Part shown: piece by piece, positions 9,895 through 19,360 of the stretch
Position numbering within the stretch: position 1 is the first letter of the stretch
Layout: the number at the start of each line of letters is the position of its first letter
Source: OCS155 cluster bacterium AG-349-E07
GTDB taxonomy: Bacteria > Actinomycetota > Acidimicrobiia > Actinomarinales > Actinomarinaceae
Assembly: GCA_003281085.1 (NCBI GenBank)
Contig: QCCZ01000003.1
Coordinates: forward strand, 8,386 to 72,385
Reading direction: 5' to 3'
DNA length: 64,000 bases
The notes under the pieces: generated by a model
Databases searched by the model: none
Told to the model about the DNA's origin: nothing
What the model saw: only the letters and a program-made list of their open reading frames with translations
Translations under genes and position numbers: made by a program

Positions 9895-10956
9895 ATGGAA
9901 TTTTCACCAGGCTTAAGAGGAGTTATTGCTGGGGAAACCTCTATTTCAACGGTTGGTAAAGAAGGTACTTCACTTCGATACAGAGGCTATGACGCAATTG
10001 AATTGACTAAGAATAATACTTATGAAGAAGTTGCATCACTAATTATTAAAGATTCTTTAGATGGAGATGAGTTCAAAGAAGCATTTTTAAAACATTACAA
10101 CAATAAAGCTCTTGAGGATGAAACACTTTCAAAAAATATAGAGAATCTAAAATCGATTCGTCCAAAAGGAATGCATCCAATGGATTTATTAAGAACTATC
10201 GTATCTGGTGGAGAAGAAATGGACTCTGATACCGAAATTGAATCAATAGCTAGAATCAGTGCAACTGTCTGTTTCGCAATTGCCTCATATCATAAAGCTG
10301 ATACAAATACTCTTTCAGATAAGTATTTAGTTGCCAGCTCACTTTTACCGAATGATGCAAGCGATGAAATGCTTGAAGCATTAGATGATATGCTTATACT
10401 TTATGCTGAGCATGGTTTTAATGCATCAACTTTTGCAACAAGAGTTACTGCATCTACAAGAGCCGATTTAACTGGTGCAATTGTTTCTGGTATAGCAACT
10501 TTAAAAGGAGAATTACATGGTGGAGCAAATGAAAGAGCAGTTGAGTTAATTAACAGTTTTAATACAGTTGAAGACGCTGAAAAAGGAATTTACTCATTTC
10601 TTGATGAAAAGAAAAAAATTATGGGATTTGGACACGGAGTATATAAAGTTCAAGATCCAAGAAGCCCAGTTGTGAAAAACTGGGTAGAACAGTTAGTAGA
10701 TAATGATTTTTCTAAAAATAGATTTGAAATTGCAAAGAAAATTGACCAAATTATGGATGAAGAAAAAAATCTCTTTCCAAATGTCGACTTTTATGGAGGT
10801 CTGCTTTTAGCTGAATTAGGATTTGAAGTGGACCTGTTTACTCCAATATTTGTAGCAGGAAGGTCTGTTGGATGGGCTGCTCATTACTTTGAACAAAGGG
10901 AACAGGATATTTTAATAAGACCTGCGGCAAAATATATTGGGCCTTCTGAAAGATAG
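9895..10956 (+). CDS. Citrate synthase family enzyme (short form); likely 2-methylcitrate or citrate synthase
   Basis: The motifs LILYAEHGFNASTF and GFGHGVYKVQDPR are citrate-synthase signatures. The adjacent gene belongs to the PrpD family. Confidence 0.8.
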   Translation: MEFSPGLRGVIAGETSISTVGKEGTSLRYRGYDAIELTKNNTYEEVASLIIKDSLDGDEFKEAFLKHYNNKALEDETLSKNIENLKSIRPKGMHPMDLLRTIVSGGEEMDSDTEIESIARISATVCFAIASYHKADTNTLSDKYLVASSLLPNDASDEMLEALDDMLILYAEHGFNASTFATRVTASTRADLTGAIVSGIATLKGELHGGANERAVELINSFNTVEDAEKGIYSFLDEKKKIMGFGHGVYKVQDPRSPVVKNWVEQLVDNDFSKNRFEIAKKIDQIMDEEKNLFPNVDFYGGLLLAELGFEVDLFTPIFVAGRSVGWAAHYFEQREQDILIRPAAKYIGPSER

Positions 10957-10959
10957 TTT

Positions 10960-12342
10960 TTGCAAAATAAGAATTTAGATAAACAAATATTCAACTTTCT
11001 TTCTACTCCTTTGAAAAGTGATGACCATTTTACTTCTGCCAAGCTTGCAATCCTTGATACCCTTGGTTGCATAATTGAAGCAAGTACTCATGACGAAGTC
11101 AATAATTTTGCTATAGAAGATAAATCATTTAAATTATCTTCAAACCCTTTCTTAAATGTTGGGAAATTAAATTCCTACCAAGAAGTTGCATGGTATTTAA
11201 CTGTATTAACTAGATGGTTTGACTACAACGACACTTTTCTTGCAAAAGAGTGGGCCCACCCATCAGACAACTTTGGGACCGTGTACAGTTATTTTTATGC
11301 GAATCCAAATTTCAAATTTATAGACTTTACGACTGCTCTAACAAAAGCTTACGAAATTCAAGGTTCTTTATGTCTTGGGACTTCATTAAACCAACTAGGT
11401 TATGATCATGTGTTTTATGTGAAGTTAGCATCTGGAGCTGTTTTCTCATCTTTATTAAGTAAAGGAAATGAGAAAATTGTTCATAGAACTATTAATCATA
11501 TTTTACTTGATGGTCCTTCCCTAAGATCCTATAGACACTTTCCTAACGTAGGAAAGAGAAAAAGCTGGGCAGCAGCAGATGCATCAAAACGAGGGATTGA
11601 ACTCGCTAAAATCAGCCACTTAAATGATGAAGTTTATAGCTCCATCCAAGACGATAAAAATTGGGGATTTGAGAAAAATTATCTAAATGATTCTGAAATT
11701 AAATTTGGTAAAGAATTAAATGATTGGGTAATTCAAAATGTATTATTTAAAGTGTTATTCCCAGCCGAATTTCATGGGCAGTCAGCAGTTGAAGGTGCAA
11801 TCAAGTTAAGTAAAGAATTCAATCAAAATATTGATAAAGTAAAAAAAATTAACATTTTTACACATGAACCTGCAATAAGGATAATCGCAAATAAAGAAAA
11901 TTTATCTAACGCATCTGATAGGGATCACAGTCTTGAATATATGGTTTCAGCTGCTCTTCTTTTTGGAGAATTGAAATACGAAATGTACGGAAACGATTTC
12001 TCTGGATTAAACAAAATAGAAAGTTTAAGAAAAAAAATTGTTGTTAGTGAAGACTCAAATTTTACTAAAAATTACTATGAATTCTCAAAGAGACATATAT
12101 CAAACTCCATAGAAATAGTTTATGATGATAACTCCACTTCTGAAAAAATCACCATTGAAAATCCTATAGGGCATCCATCTAGAAGAGAGGAAGCCATTCC
12201 ACTATTAAAAGATAAATTCATAAGAAATGTACAAAAAGTTCTTTCTTTAGAAAAATCAATGTCATTATGGGAACAGATTATCAATTTAGAAAAAGATGAC
12301 GAATTAACTAAATTCTTTAATATCCTACAAGATAATGAATGA
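10960..12342 (+). CDS. prpD: MmgE/PrpD family protein (2-methylcitrate dehydratase-like)
   Basis: 460 aa with a TTG start. It has a PrpD-like HPSDNFG segment and family-typical length, and it follows the citrate synthase homolog. Confidence 0.7.
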   Translation: MQNKNLDKQIFNFLSTPLKSDDHFTSAKLAILDTLGCIIEASTHDEVNNFAIEDKSFKLSSNPFLNVGKLNSYQEVAWYLTVLTRWFDYNDTFLAKEWAHPSDNFGTVYSYFYANPNFKFIDFTTALTKAYEIQGSLCLGTSLNQLGYDHVFYVKLASGAVFSSLLSKGNEKIVHRTINHILLDGPSLRSYRHFPNVGKRKSWAAADASKRGIELAKISHLNDEVYSSIQDDKNWGFEKNYLNDSEIKFGKELNDWVIQNVLFKVLFPAEFHGQSAVEGAIKLSKEFNQNIDKVKKINIFTHEPAIRIIANKENLSNASDRDHSLEYMVSAALLFGELKYEMYGNDFSGLNKIESLRKKIVVSEDSNFTKNYYEFSKRHISNSIEIVYDDNSTSEKITIENPIGHPSRREEAIPLLKDKFIRNVQKVLSLEKSMSLWEQIINLEKDDELTKFFNILQDNE

Positions 12343-13207
12343 AATATTTCTTCTTGTTGGGGGAGAGGCAACTAGGCTTCAACCATTATCTACTGGAATT
12401 CCAAAAGCACTTCTAACAATAAGAGGTGAAAAGATAATTGATAAGATAATTACTCAGTTTTCACAATTTTCTGATTTTACATTTAATCTAATTTGTTCAG
12501 AAAAGCACAGACAGCATTGGAATGATTATGAAGTGTCATCAAGCAACAATATCAATCTATTATTTGAGCAAAAAAAATTAGACACAGCTGGTTATATCAT
12601 TGAAAATATTAAAACGATGCCTGATAAATTTCTATGCATGAACGGAGATTTATTATTAGACGTTGATTTAGAAAATTTCATTGATTCAGCTCGTAACTGT
12701 ACTAATTCATTAATTGGTTCATTTGAAGTTGAAAATCCATCAAGATATGGAGTTTTAAAAGTAAATGAAAAAATGGAGGTTGAAGCTTTCATAGAAAAGC
12801 CAGAGGATGACAGATTTGGAAATAAAATTAGCTTAGGACTCTATTACCTTTTCAAAAAAGATATTATGTCCATCCTTCCTTCACTTGGTATTCCTTGCTC
12901 TTTTGAGAGAGATGTATTTCCTCGACTGTCAACAAATCAATTGTTGAGTACGTATACCGTTAAAGGAAATATGATTGATGTTGGAACTAGAGAGTCATTT
13001 ATTGAAGCACACCTTGATGATGGCAAAGAAAATTGGATATCTCCAAACAATACAAAAATAAATCAAGATTCATTTATTAAAAACAGCGTTATTTTGGATG
13101 GTTGTAAAATCGGTGAAAACGTTGTGATCGAAAATTCAATTATTTCCAATAATTCCACAATTGAAAGTGGAAGTATAATTAAGAACGAAATAGTTAGAAC
13201 AAATTAA
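12335..13207 (+). CDS. Sugar-1-phosphate nucleotidyltransferase (mannose-1-phosphate guanylyltransferase-like)
   Basis: N-terminal LVGGEATRLQPLSTGIPKALL (GxGxRL-type motif). The C-terminal hexapeptide-like region is GENVVIENSIISNNSTIESGS. Confidence 0.8.
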   Translation: MNEIFLLVGGEATRLQPLSTGIPKALLTIRGEKIIDKIITQFSQFSDFTFNLICSEKHRQHWNDYEVSSSNNINLLFEQKKLDTAGYIIENIKTMPDKFLCMNGDLLLDVDLENFIDSARNCTNSLIGSFEVENPSRYGVLKVNEKMEVEAFIEKPEDDRFGNKISLGLYYLFKKDIMSILPSLGIPCSFERDVFPRLSTNQLLSTYTVKGNMIDVGTRESFIEAHLDDGKENWISPNNTKINQDSFIKNSVILDGCKIGENVVIENSIISNNSTIESGSIIKNEIVRTN

Positions 13208-13209
13208 AA

Positions 13210-14133
13210 ATGAAAATCTTAATTACGGGTGGAGCAGGTTTTATTGGCTCACACCTATTAGAAGAACTTCTATCATCTGATAATGAAATATTAGTATTTG
13301 ATAACTTTTTAACCGGTAAAAAAGAAAATGTTGAATTCAAGGGTAATTTTAAATTAATTGAAGATGATTTAGGTAATAAGAATTCATTAAATTTAATTAA
13401 AGAATTTAATCCTCAAATTTGTTTTCACTTGGCAGCCCAATCTTCTGTTGTAGTTTCTGTAGATGATCCGTTACTTGATTTTGAGCATAATATCTTACAA
13501 CCAGTCCAACTTATAAAAACTTTATTAAGCACTGATTGTAGTAAATTTGTTTTTGCCTCTTCTGGTGGAACGATATTTGGTGAGCCAAGCATTTTACCAA
13601 CTGGCGAAGAAGATTTTGCAGGCGAACCTGAGTCACCATATGGTATTGGTAAAAAGAAGTTAAACGAAATTATCAAAAGTATGACAATTAATACACATTT
13701 GTCATATTCAATTTTGAACCTCTCAAATGTTTACGGACCACGTCAAGATCCCCATGGCGAAGCAGGAGTAGTATCTATATTTTCAAATAAAATTTTAAAT
13801 AATGAAAAACCAATTATTTATGGCGACGGAGAACAAACAAGAGACTATATATATGTGAAAGATGTTGTAAATGCATTAATTTTATCTTCAAAGATTGACT
13901 CTAATTTATTTCTTAATATTGGTACGGGGATAGAGACATCAGTAAATCAATTGTTAGAAACGATAAAATCTGAATTTGCATCTGATGTAGAACCAATATA
14001 TAAGGAGTCAAGAAAAGGTGAACTTCTGCGAAGTGTTTTGAATAGTTCTAAAGCACAAAAAGAATTAAATTGGGAATCTCAATTTTCATTAAATAAGGGC
14101 ATAAAAGAAGTAGTAAGCTGGTTAAAAACTTAA
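13210..14133 (+). CDS. NAD-dependent sugar-nucleotide epimerase/dehydratase (SDR family)
   Basis: ILITGGAGFIGSHL Rossmann motif. YGIGK matches the YxxxK catalytic motif. Confidence 0.85.
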   Translation: MKILITGGAGFIGSHLLEELLSSDNEILVFDNFLTGKKENVEFKGNFKLIEDDLGNKNSLNLIKEFNPQICFHLAAQSSVVVSVDDPLLDFEHNILQPVQLIKTLLSTDCSKFVFASSGGTIFGEPSILPTGEEDFAGEPESPYGIGKKKLNEIIKSMTINTHLSYSILNLSNVYGPRQDPHGEAGVVSIFSNKILNNEKPIIYGDGEQTRDYIYVKDVVNALILSSKIDSNLFLNIGTGIETSVNQLLETIKSEFASDVEPIYKESRKGELLRSVLNSSKAQKELNWESQFSLNKGIKEVVSWLKT

Positions 14134-14828
14134 AGAAAAAAATCTTCTTGATCGTCTCTAATTAAAATCTCTGCATTTTCATTTGAGGATTCATATTTAA
14201 GTCCTCTTAAGATAGCTATTGGAATATTAATCGACTTTTCCATAACTAATTCTGCTGCACTAGCAATTTCATCAATTGTTGCAATTTCTGTTGCAAATAG
14301 TTCATTATTAAATGAGTCGTATTTCCCAATGTAGTTTGTAATAGGAGAAATACCAGAGGAACCTATTGCAAAATTAACCTGACCTTTTCTCCATGCTCTT
14401 CCAAAAGTATCAGAAATCACTACGGCTACTCTTTTTCCACTTATAGTCTCTATTTGACTTCTAAATTTATGAGCTGATTTATTTGGATCTTCGGGTAAAA
14501 GAAGAGCTTTGTTTTTCTCAATATTGGATTTATCTATTCCTGCATTTGCACATATGAAGCCGTGTTTTGTTTTTGCAATTATTAAATCCCCTCGTTTTCT
14601 AATAATTTGTTTCGTTTCACTTTTAATTAAATCTTCAAATTCATGTTCATTTAAATCTCTTTCCATACCTTCACTCTTTGAAACAATTTTTTGTGTAATT
14701 ACAAATACATCATTATTTTTAATCTCATTTCCTGACTTATTAATCAGGTCAAAAGTTATGGAAGCTAGGTCATCACCTTTTTTGACTTCGGGCAATCCTT
14801 TTACTGGAATAATCGAAATTTCATTCAT
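14130..14828 (-). CDS. cofE: Coenzyme F420-0:L-glutamate ligase
   Basis: Family-typical N-terminus (IPVKGLPEVKKGDDL) and the segment GFICANAGIDKSN. It overlaps cofD by 8 nt. Confidence 0.8.
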   Translation of the reverse strand: MNEISIIPVKGLPEVKKGDDLASITFDLINKSGNEIKNNDVFVITQKIVSKSEGMERDLNEHEFEDLIKSETKQIIRKRGDLIIAKTKHGFICANAGIDKSNIEKNKALLLPEDPNKSAHKFRSQIETISGKRVAVVISDTFGRAWRKGQVNFAIGSSGISPITNYIGKYDSFNNELFATEIATIDEIASAAELVMEKSINIPIAILRGLKYESSNENAEILIRDDQEDFFL

Positions 14829-15717
14829 AACTGAGTAGTTTTGTAGCTAATTTCTTTGAATCTTCAATTGTTTTAAAAAGAATGTTCTCTTCGTAAGTAT
14901 TGCTTAAATTATCAGAATCTCCAAAATGTACGACATATTTGTTAGCTATATTTTTATAGAATTTCTTAATGCCTTTAATATCTGCTGTGAGGCCCATATC
15001 TGTAAAGTTTTTTTTCGAAGGTCCTTTTATGGCATTGTTATTAATAAATGGGCTGATAACTATAACATTATCATGTTGAATTAATGCATCCTTTATTTTT
15101 CTTAGAGACAAAATTGGCCCGATTGATAAATAAGGATTAGAGGGGCCAATGATAATCGTATCGCTTTCTTTAATTGTTCTTATTAGTTTGCTACTAACTT
15201 TTGCTTGACTTGATCCCTTGTATGTTATATTTTTTAATCTTGGCTTTCCTCTTTTTTGGACAAAATAGTTTTGAAAATCAAGTCTTTCACCCTGCTTTGT
15301 AATTAATTTTGTACTTACCTTGTCATCAGTCATTGGAATAATTTCACAAAGAATGTTGAATTTAGATTTTATTTCATTAGTAATTTCTGTCAAAGTTTTT
15401 CCCTCATGTAGCATTTGGTTTCTAAATAAATTGGTAGCCAAATCTTTATCACCAATCATGAAATTGGTATTTAAAAATTTATTTAACTGTTCATGAACTG
15501 TAAATTTATCTTTTTTTATTCCCCATCCAAATTCACCTTCAATTCCAGCTAGACCATATATTACAGTATCTATATCTGGAGATAGTGAGACACCATTTAT
15601 ATGTTCGTCATCACCAGTATTAACAATTATCGAAAGTTTGTTCAAACTTGTTTTATATAAGCCTTTAGCAAATTTTGCACCACCTACACCACCGCTTAAA
15701 TATGTAACTTTTTTCAA
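14821..15717 (-). CDS. cofD: 2-phospho-L-lactate transferase (F420 biosynthesis)
   Basis: The N-terminus VTYLSGGVGGAKFAKGL is the CofD/FbiA signature. It is paired with cofE. Confidence 0.85.
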   Translation of the reverse strand: MKKVTYLSGGVGGAKFAKGLYKTSLNKLSIIVNTGDDEHINGVSLSPDIDTVIYGLAGIEGEFGWGIKKDKFTVHEQLNKFLNTNFMIGDKDLATNLFRNQMLHEGKTLTEITNEIKSKFNILCEIIPMTDDKVSTKLITKQGERLDFQNYFVQKRGKPRLKNITYKGSSQAKVSSKLIRTIKESDTIIIGPSNPYLSIGPILSLRKIKDALIQHDNVIVISPFINNNAIKGPSKKNFTDMGLTADIKGIKKFYKNIANKYVVHFGDSDNLSNTYEENILFKTIEDSKKLATKLLSYE

Positions 15718-15762
15718 TTTTAAGAACCTATTATTCTTGACCTTTCAACTAACATTTTAATA

Positions 15763-16011
15763 ATGATAGATAAAGATATTCTAGAAGGTTTAGCTGAACT
15801 AAACGAAACAGACTTAAAGAGAATAAAGCTTCTAGTTGATAATAAATTAAATCTTCATAAAGACATTAACGTCTCGTATAGGTCAAAAAATATTAAATGC
15901 GGTAAAGAATCATGCCAAAAATGTCCACACGGTCCATATTGGTATGCCGAATGGACAGAAAATGGAAAAAGAAGAACAAAATACTTGGGAAAAACCTTAA
16001 GTGAAGTTTAA
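15763..16011 (+). CDS. Small zinc-ribbon-like protein of unknown function
   Basis: 82 aa with a C-terminal CGKESCQKCPHGPYWYAEW motif (C-x4-C-x2-C-x-H). It overlaps the next gene by 11 nt. Confidence 0.55.
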   Translation: MIDKDILEGLAELNETDLKRIKLLVDNKLNLHKDINVSYRSKNIKCGKESCQKCPHGPYWYAEWTENGKRRTKYLGKTLSEV

Positions 16012-18187
16012 CTTTCAATCAAATAAAATTGCGACTGTATTTCCGTTTGCAATACTCTTAATATTTTTAAGAATTGATTTAATATTTCTTAACACACTCC
16101 CAACAGGTGGAGATATGGGTGCTCATATCGTACCAACTAAATTTTTTGTTGAAGAGCTTTTTTACAATTTCAAAATTAGTGGTTGGTCAAATGACTGGTT
16201 TGCAGGCTACCCTGCGTATTATTTTTATTTTCCATTACCGCCATCCATTGTTGCAATTTTAAATCTTATTCTTCCCTTCAATATCTCATTTAAAATTATG
16301 GTGTTAATTGCTTTAGTTCTTCTAGTTATTTCTATAGAAAAGTTAATAAACTTCAAAATTGGTACTTTATCTTATATTGGGTTTGCTGGAGGATTGTTAT
16401 ATCTATTAACTGAGTCTTTTACTATTTTTGGGGGTAATCTAGCATCCTCTCTTGCTGGCCAGTATTCATTCACATATTCTTTAGCATTTGCAAATTTATC
16501 AATTTATTACATACGTAATAACCTGATAAAGTATTCAGTCATTAAAGGCTCAGTATTGTTGGGATTATCCTTGCTTTCTCACATAATTCCATTTTTGATC
16601 TATGCACCAATATTTTTAATTTATTTTTTGTCTTCAAAATCTATAAATCTTGAAAAATTAATTGGGTTATTGATTTTTTTGTTTCTAACTTTGCGCTTTT
16701 CTATCTCTTTGTTTCTAAATCTAGAATTTACAACAAATATGACATACTCTCCTTACACAAAAATCAAAGATTTAATAAAGCCTGATATCCTTCCTTTTGC
16801 AATTGCGATATTTTCTTATGGAATTTTCACAGCAGGAAGAAATTTGAAAAATATATTTCTATCAACCGAAATGTACTTAATTTTTGTATCAACATTGTTA
16901 TTTTTTTATGGCCCAGAGGGTGCTTTATGGAATGGAAGATTAGTACCTTTTTTAAATTTGGGTCTAATTATCTTATTCTTCAAAATCTTTGAAGAGAAAA
17001 TGGATTTGTTAATTGAAAAAATAAAACAAAAATATTTGTTTATATTGTTTTATCTAATATGTTCATCATTCTTTATTTTTAATTATGTTCAAAAATGGCA
17101 AGATAGGTATGAAATTACAGTTTATTTCATTGCTTTTATAATTTTGCTTTCTTTCATAATTACTATTTATAAACCTAAATATGTATTAGGAATAACGCTA
17201 ATTGCATTAGTTCTGTCTTCAGTAAATTTCTTACCACATTGGTTGAATTGGAATTTTACGGGGTATGATCAAAAAGATGACTGGAGCGATATAACAAATT
17301 TATACTCTGGTTTAAATCAACTTGAGCCTGGAAGAATAATGTGGGAGCCAAATTCAGATTTAAACAAATATGGTACACCTATGGTTTTAATGACAATTCC
17401 TATGTTTACAAATCATGAAAGTATTGAAGGTCTTTATTTTGATTCGAGCATAACTACCCCTTTTCACTTTGTGACTGTATCTGGTGTTGCAGAAAGTCCA
17501 TCGAACCCAGTAGGAGGACTAAGTTATATAAATGGTGATTTTGATAGAGGAGTAAGATACATGAAAGAGTTAGGAGTTGATTATTTTATTTCTTATACAG
17601 ATTCGATTACTGAAAAAGCAATAATGTCAGACGAATTAGAGAATTTATTCCAGAGCTCTCCATTCACAGTTTTTAAAATCTATTCTGATAAAGTTCAAGT
17701 TGTTGATACTGAATTAGTAAACTTTAGTCAGCCAGAATTATTTGAAAGAATTTCTAATTCGATATTTAGACAAGAAAAAACTGATAGTTTTTTTAATCTT
17801 GCAATGAAAGAATTCAAGTTAGATAATAAAAAAAGAATTATTGAAGGAATAGATGCTGAAGAATCTCAGATTCAAAACAGACTCTCCAACAAAAAAAGTG
17901 AGATTAAAAATGTCAGAATTACAAACAACAAAATTACTTTTGAAACAGAACACCCAAATGAACTTCACATTGTCAAAGTATCATATTTTCCGAATTGGAA
18001 AATAGAAAATGGTTCTGGCCCGTATAGATTATCACCATCGTTTATGGGTGTTATCCCTAACTCTAATGAAGTAAGCATGACGTTCGAAAATACATCTCTA
18101 GAAAAATCCTTAAATATTGTTTCGTTAATAATTTTTTTACTTACAGTGTATCTTTTAGTATTTAGAATTAAAAAATATGCTAAATAA
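16001..18187 (+). CDS. Large polytopic membrane protein; putative GT-C-fold glycosyltransferase (YfhO/GtrC-like role)
   Basis: 728 aa with 12 or more N-terminal TM helices and an acidic first loop (TGGDMGAH). It has a roughly 270-aa extracytoplasmic C-terminal domain and a final TM. It sits next to GtrA-like and GT2 genes. Confidence 0.55.
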   Translation: MKFNFQSNKIATVFPFAILLIFLRIDLIFLNTLPTGGDMGAHIVPTKFFVEELFYNFKISGWSNDWFAGYPAYYFYFPLPPSIVAILNLILPFNISFKIMVLIALVLLVISIEKLINFKIGTLSYIGFAGGLLYLLTESFTIFGGNLASSLAGQYSFTYSLAFANLSIYYIRNNLIKYSVIKGSVLLGLSLLSHIIPFLIYAPIFLIYFLSSKSINLEKLIGLLIFLFLTLRFSISLFLNLEFTTNMTYSPYTKIKDLIKPDILPFAIAIFSYGIFTAGRNLKNIFLSTEMYLIFVSTLLFFYGPEGALWNGRLVPFLNLGLIILFFKIFEEKMDLLIEKIKQKYLFILFYLICSSFFIFNYVQKWQDRYEITVYFIAFIILLSFIITIYKPKYVLGITLIALVLSSVNFLPHWLNWNFTGYDQKDDWSDITNLYSGLNQLEPGRIMWEPNSDLNKYGTPMVLMTIPMFTNHESIEGLYFDSSITTPFHFVTVSGVAESPSNPVGGLSYINGDFDRGVRYMKELGVDYFISYTDSITEKAIMSDELENLFQSSPFTVFKIYSDKVQVVDTELVNFSQPELFERISNSIFRQEKTDSFFNLAMKEFKLDNKKRIIEGIDAEESQIQNRLSNKKSEIKNVRITNNKITFETEHPNELHIVKVSYFPNWKIENGSGPYRLSPSFMGVIPNSNEVSMTFENTSLEKSLNIVSLIIFLLTVYLLVFRIKKYAK

Positions 18188-18638
18188 TCTCATTAATAAA
18201 CTCACAAAAAGTGACAGCTCATTTGCTGAATTATTTAGAACATATATTGTTGGAGCATTTAATTTAATATTCGGTCTTTTTTTGAATTATATTTTTCAAT
18301 TTTTAATTTTAACTATGATTAGTTTTCCTCTTAGAACTTATTTAACTAACACATTTTCATTTGCAATTAGTGTTGTGGTTGCTTATTTTTTATCTAGAAA
18401 AATTATTTTTCAACTTTCATATCGTGATGGCTCATGGAACGAGTTCATAAAATATATTTCTGTTAGCTTACTTAATTTAGGAATCCCAATTCTTGTTTGG
18501 TTTTTAATTAATTTATGGAATCCTGAATTTCAAAAAAACGAGTTGTATTACTTATTAATTACAGTTTTAATTCATGGATCAATACTTCCAATTAAGTATT
18601 TGATTTATAAATTTTTTGTTTTTAAAGACTCTTTATAA
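18177..18638 (+). CDS. GtrA-family small membrane protein (putative polyprenyl-phosphate-sugar flippase)
   Basis: 153 aa with four TM helices and a GtrA-like N-terminal segment YIVGAFNLIFGLFLNYIF. Confidence 0.6.
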   Translation: MLNNLINKLTKSDSSFAELFRTYIVGAFNLIFGLFLNYIFQFLILTMISFPLRTYLTNTFSFAISVVVAYFLSRKIIFQLSYRDGSWNEFIKYISVSLLNLGIPILVWFLINLWNPEFQKNELYYLLITVLIHGSILPIKYLIYKFFVFKDSL

Positions 18639-19339
18639 AACGCGATTTTTAACTTAAATAAGCTCTTCAAAGTTCTTGGAATTCTTTTATATATAACTGA
18701 AACACTTGGTCTTATTTCGTTGATTTTGGCTGGAACTTCTTTAAATTCATTTCCAGTTTTTTCAATTCGAAGTAGTAGCTCTGTATCAAATAAATCTTGT
18801 GTAGAAATTACTAAATTAATATGATTATTTACAAAACTTTTCCTGACTGCTTTCATTCCGTGTGTGTCAGATAATTTAGTTTTAAATAAAATTTTTAAAA
18901 TATAAACAAAAAAATTAGTGGCTAATTTTCGTATTAATCTTCTTCCATCTTCAGAATTACTCAATCTTTTTGAAGCAATTAAACCTGCATATTTATCCTC
19001 AAGCAATAAACACTCTTTTAAAAAACTTTCAGAATAATAGTCAATATCAAATGAAATAATAATTTCATTTTTGCATTTCAAAAATCCTCTTTTAAGTGCT
19101 TCACCATAATTTGGATGATCGCTTTCAATTAAAACTATTTTGGAATTATTTTGTTCAAATTCTCTAGCGAGATTTTTTGTATTGTCAGTAGACCCATTTT
19201 CTGAGATTATGATTTCATATTCGACAGATGTTCTTTCACAAATAGAGAGAATATTATTTATCGATTCTGCAAGAATATCTTCCTCATTATGAATAGGAAT
19301 CACAATTGAAAAGTTATTAAAACTAGAGTTTGAATCCAT
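18605..19339 (-). CDS. Family 2 glycosyltransferase (polyprenyl-phosphate sugar synthase, GtrB/CsbB/Ppm-like)
   Basis: FSIVIPIHNEEDIL is a GT2 N-terminus. DxD-type motif FDIDY. 244 aa. Confidence 0.75.
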   Translation of the reverse strand: MDSNSSFNNFSIVIPIHNEEDILAESINNILSICERTSVEYEIIISENGSTDNTKNLAREFEQNNSKIVLIESDHPNYGEALKRGFLKCKNEIIISFDIDYYSESFLKECLLLEDKYAGLIASKRLSNSEDGRRLIRKLATNFFVYILKILFKTKLSDTHGMKAVRKSFVNNHINLVISTQDLFDTELLLRIEKTGNEFKEVPAKINEIRPSVSVIYKRIPRTLKSLFKLKIAFYKESLKTKNL

Positions 19340-19360
19340 GAACAGTACAATAATTGAGTA

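Noticed and set aside
9895-12342. An incomplete methylcitrate cycle (prpC and prpD without prpB) as an anomaly
   Set aside because: prpB or an isocitrate lyase could lie elsewhere in the genome. Absence from a 64-kb window is not evidence.
16001-18187. Calling the 728-aa membrane protein an STT3/PglB/AglB oligosaccharyltransferase
   Set aside because: The size and topology fit, but I could not find a convincing WWDYG motif. The closest stretch is RIMWEPNSD...YG, which is too divergent. I kept the generic putative GT-C call.
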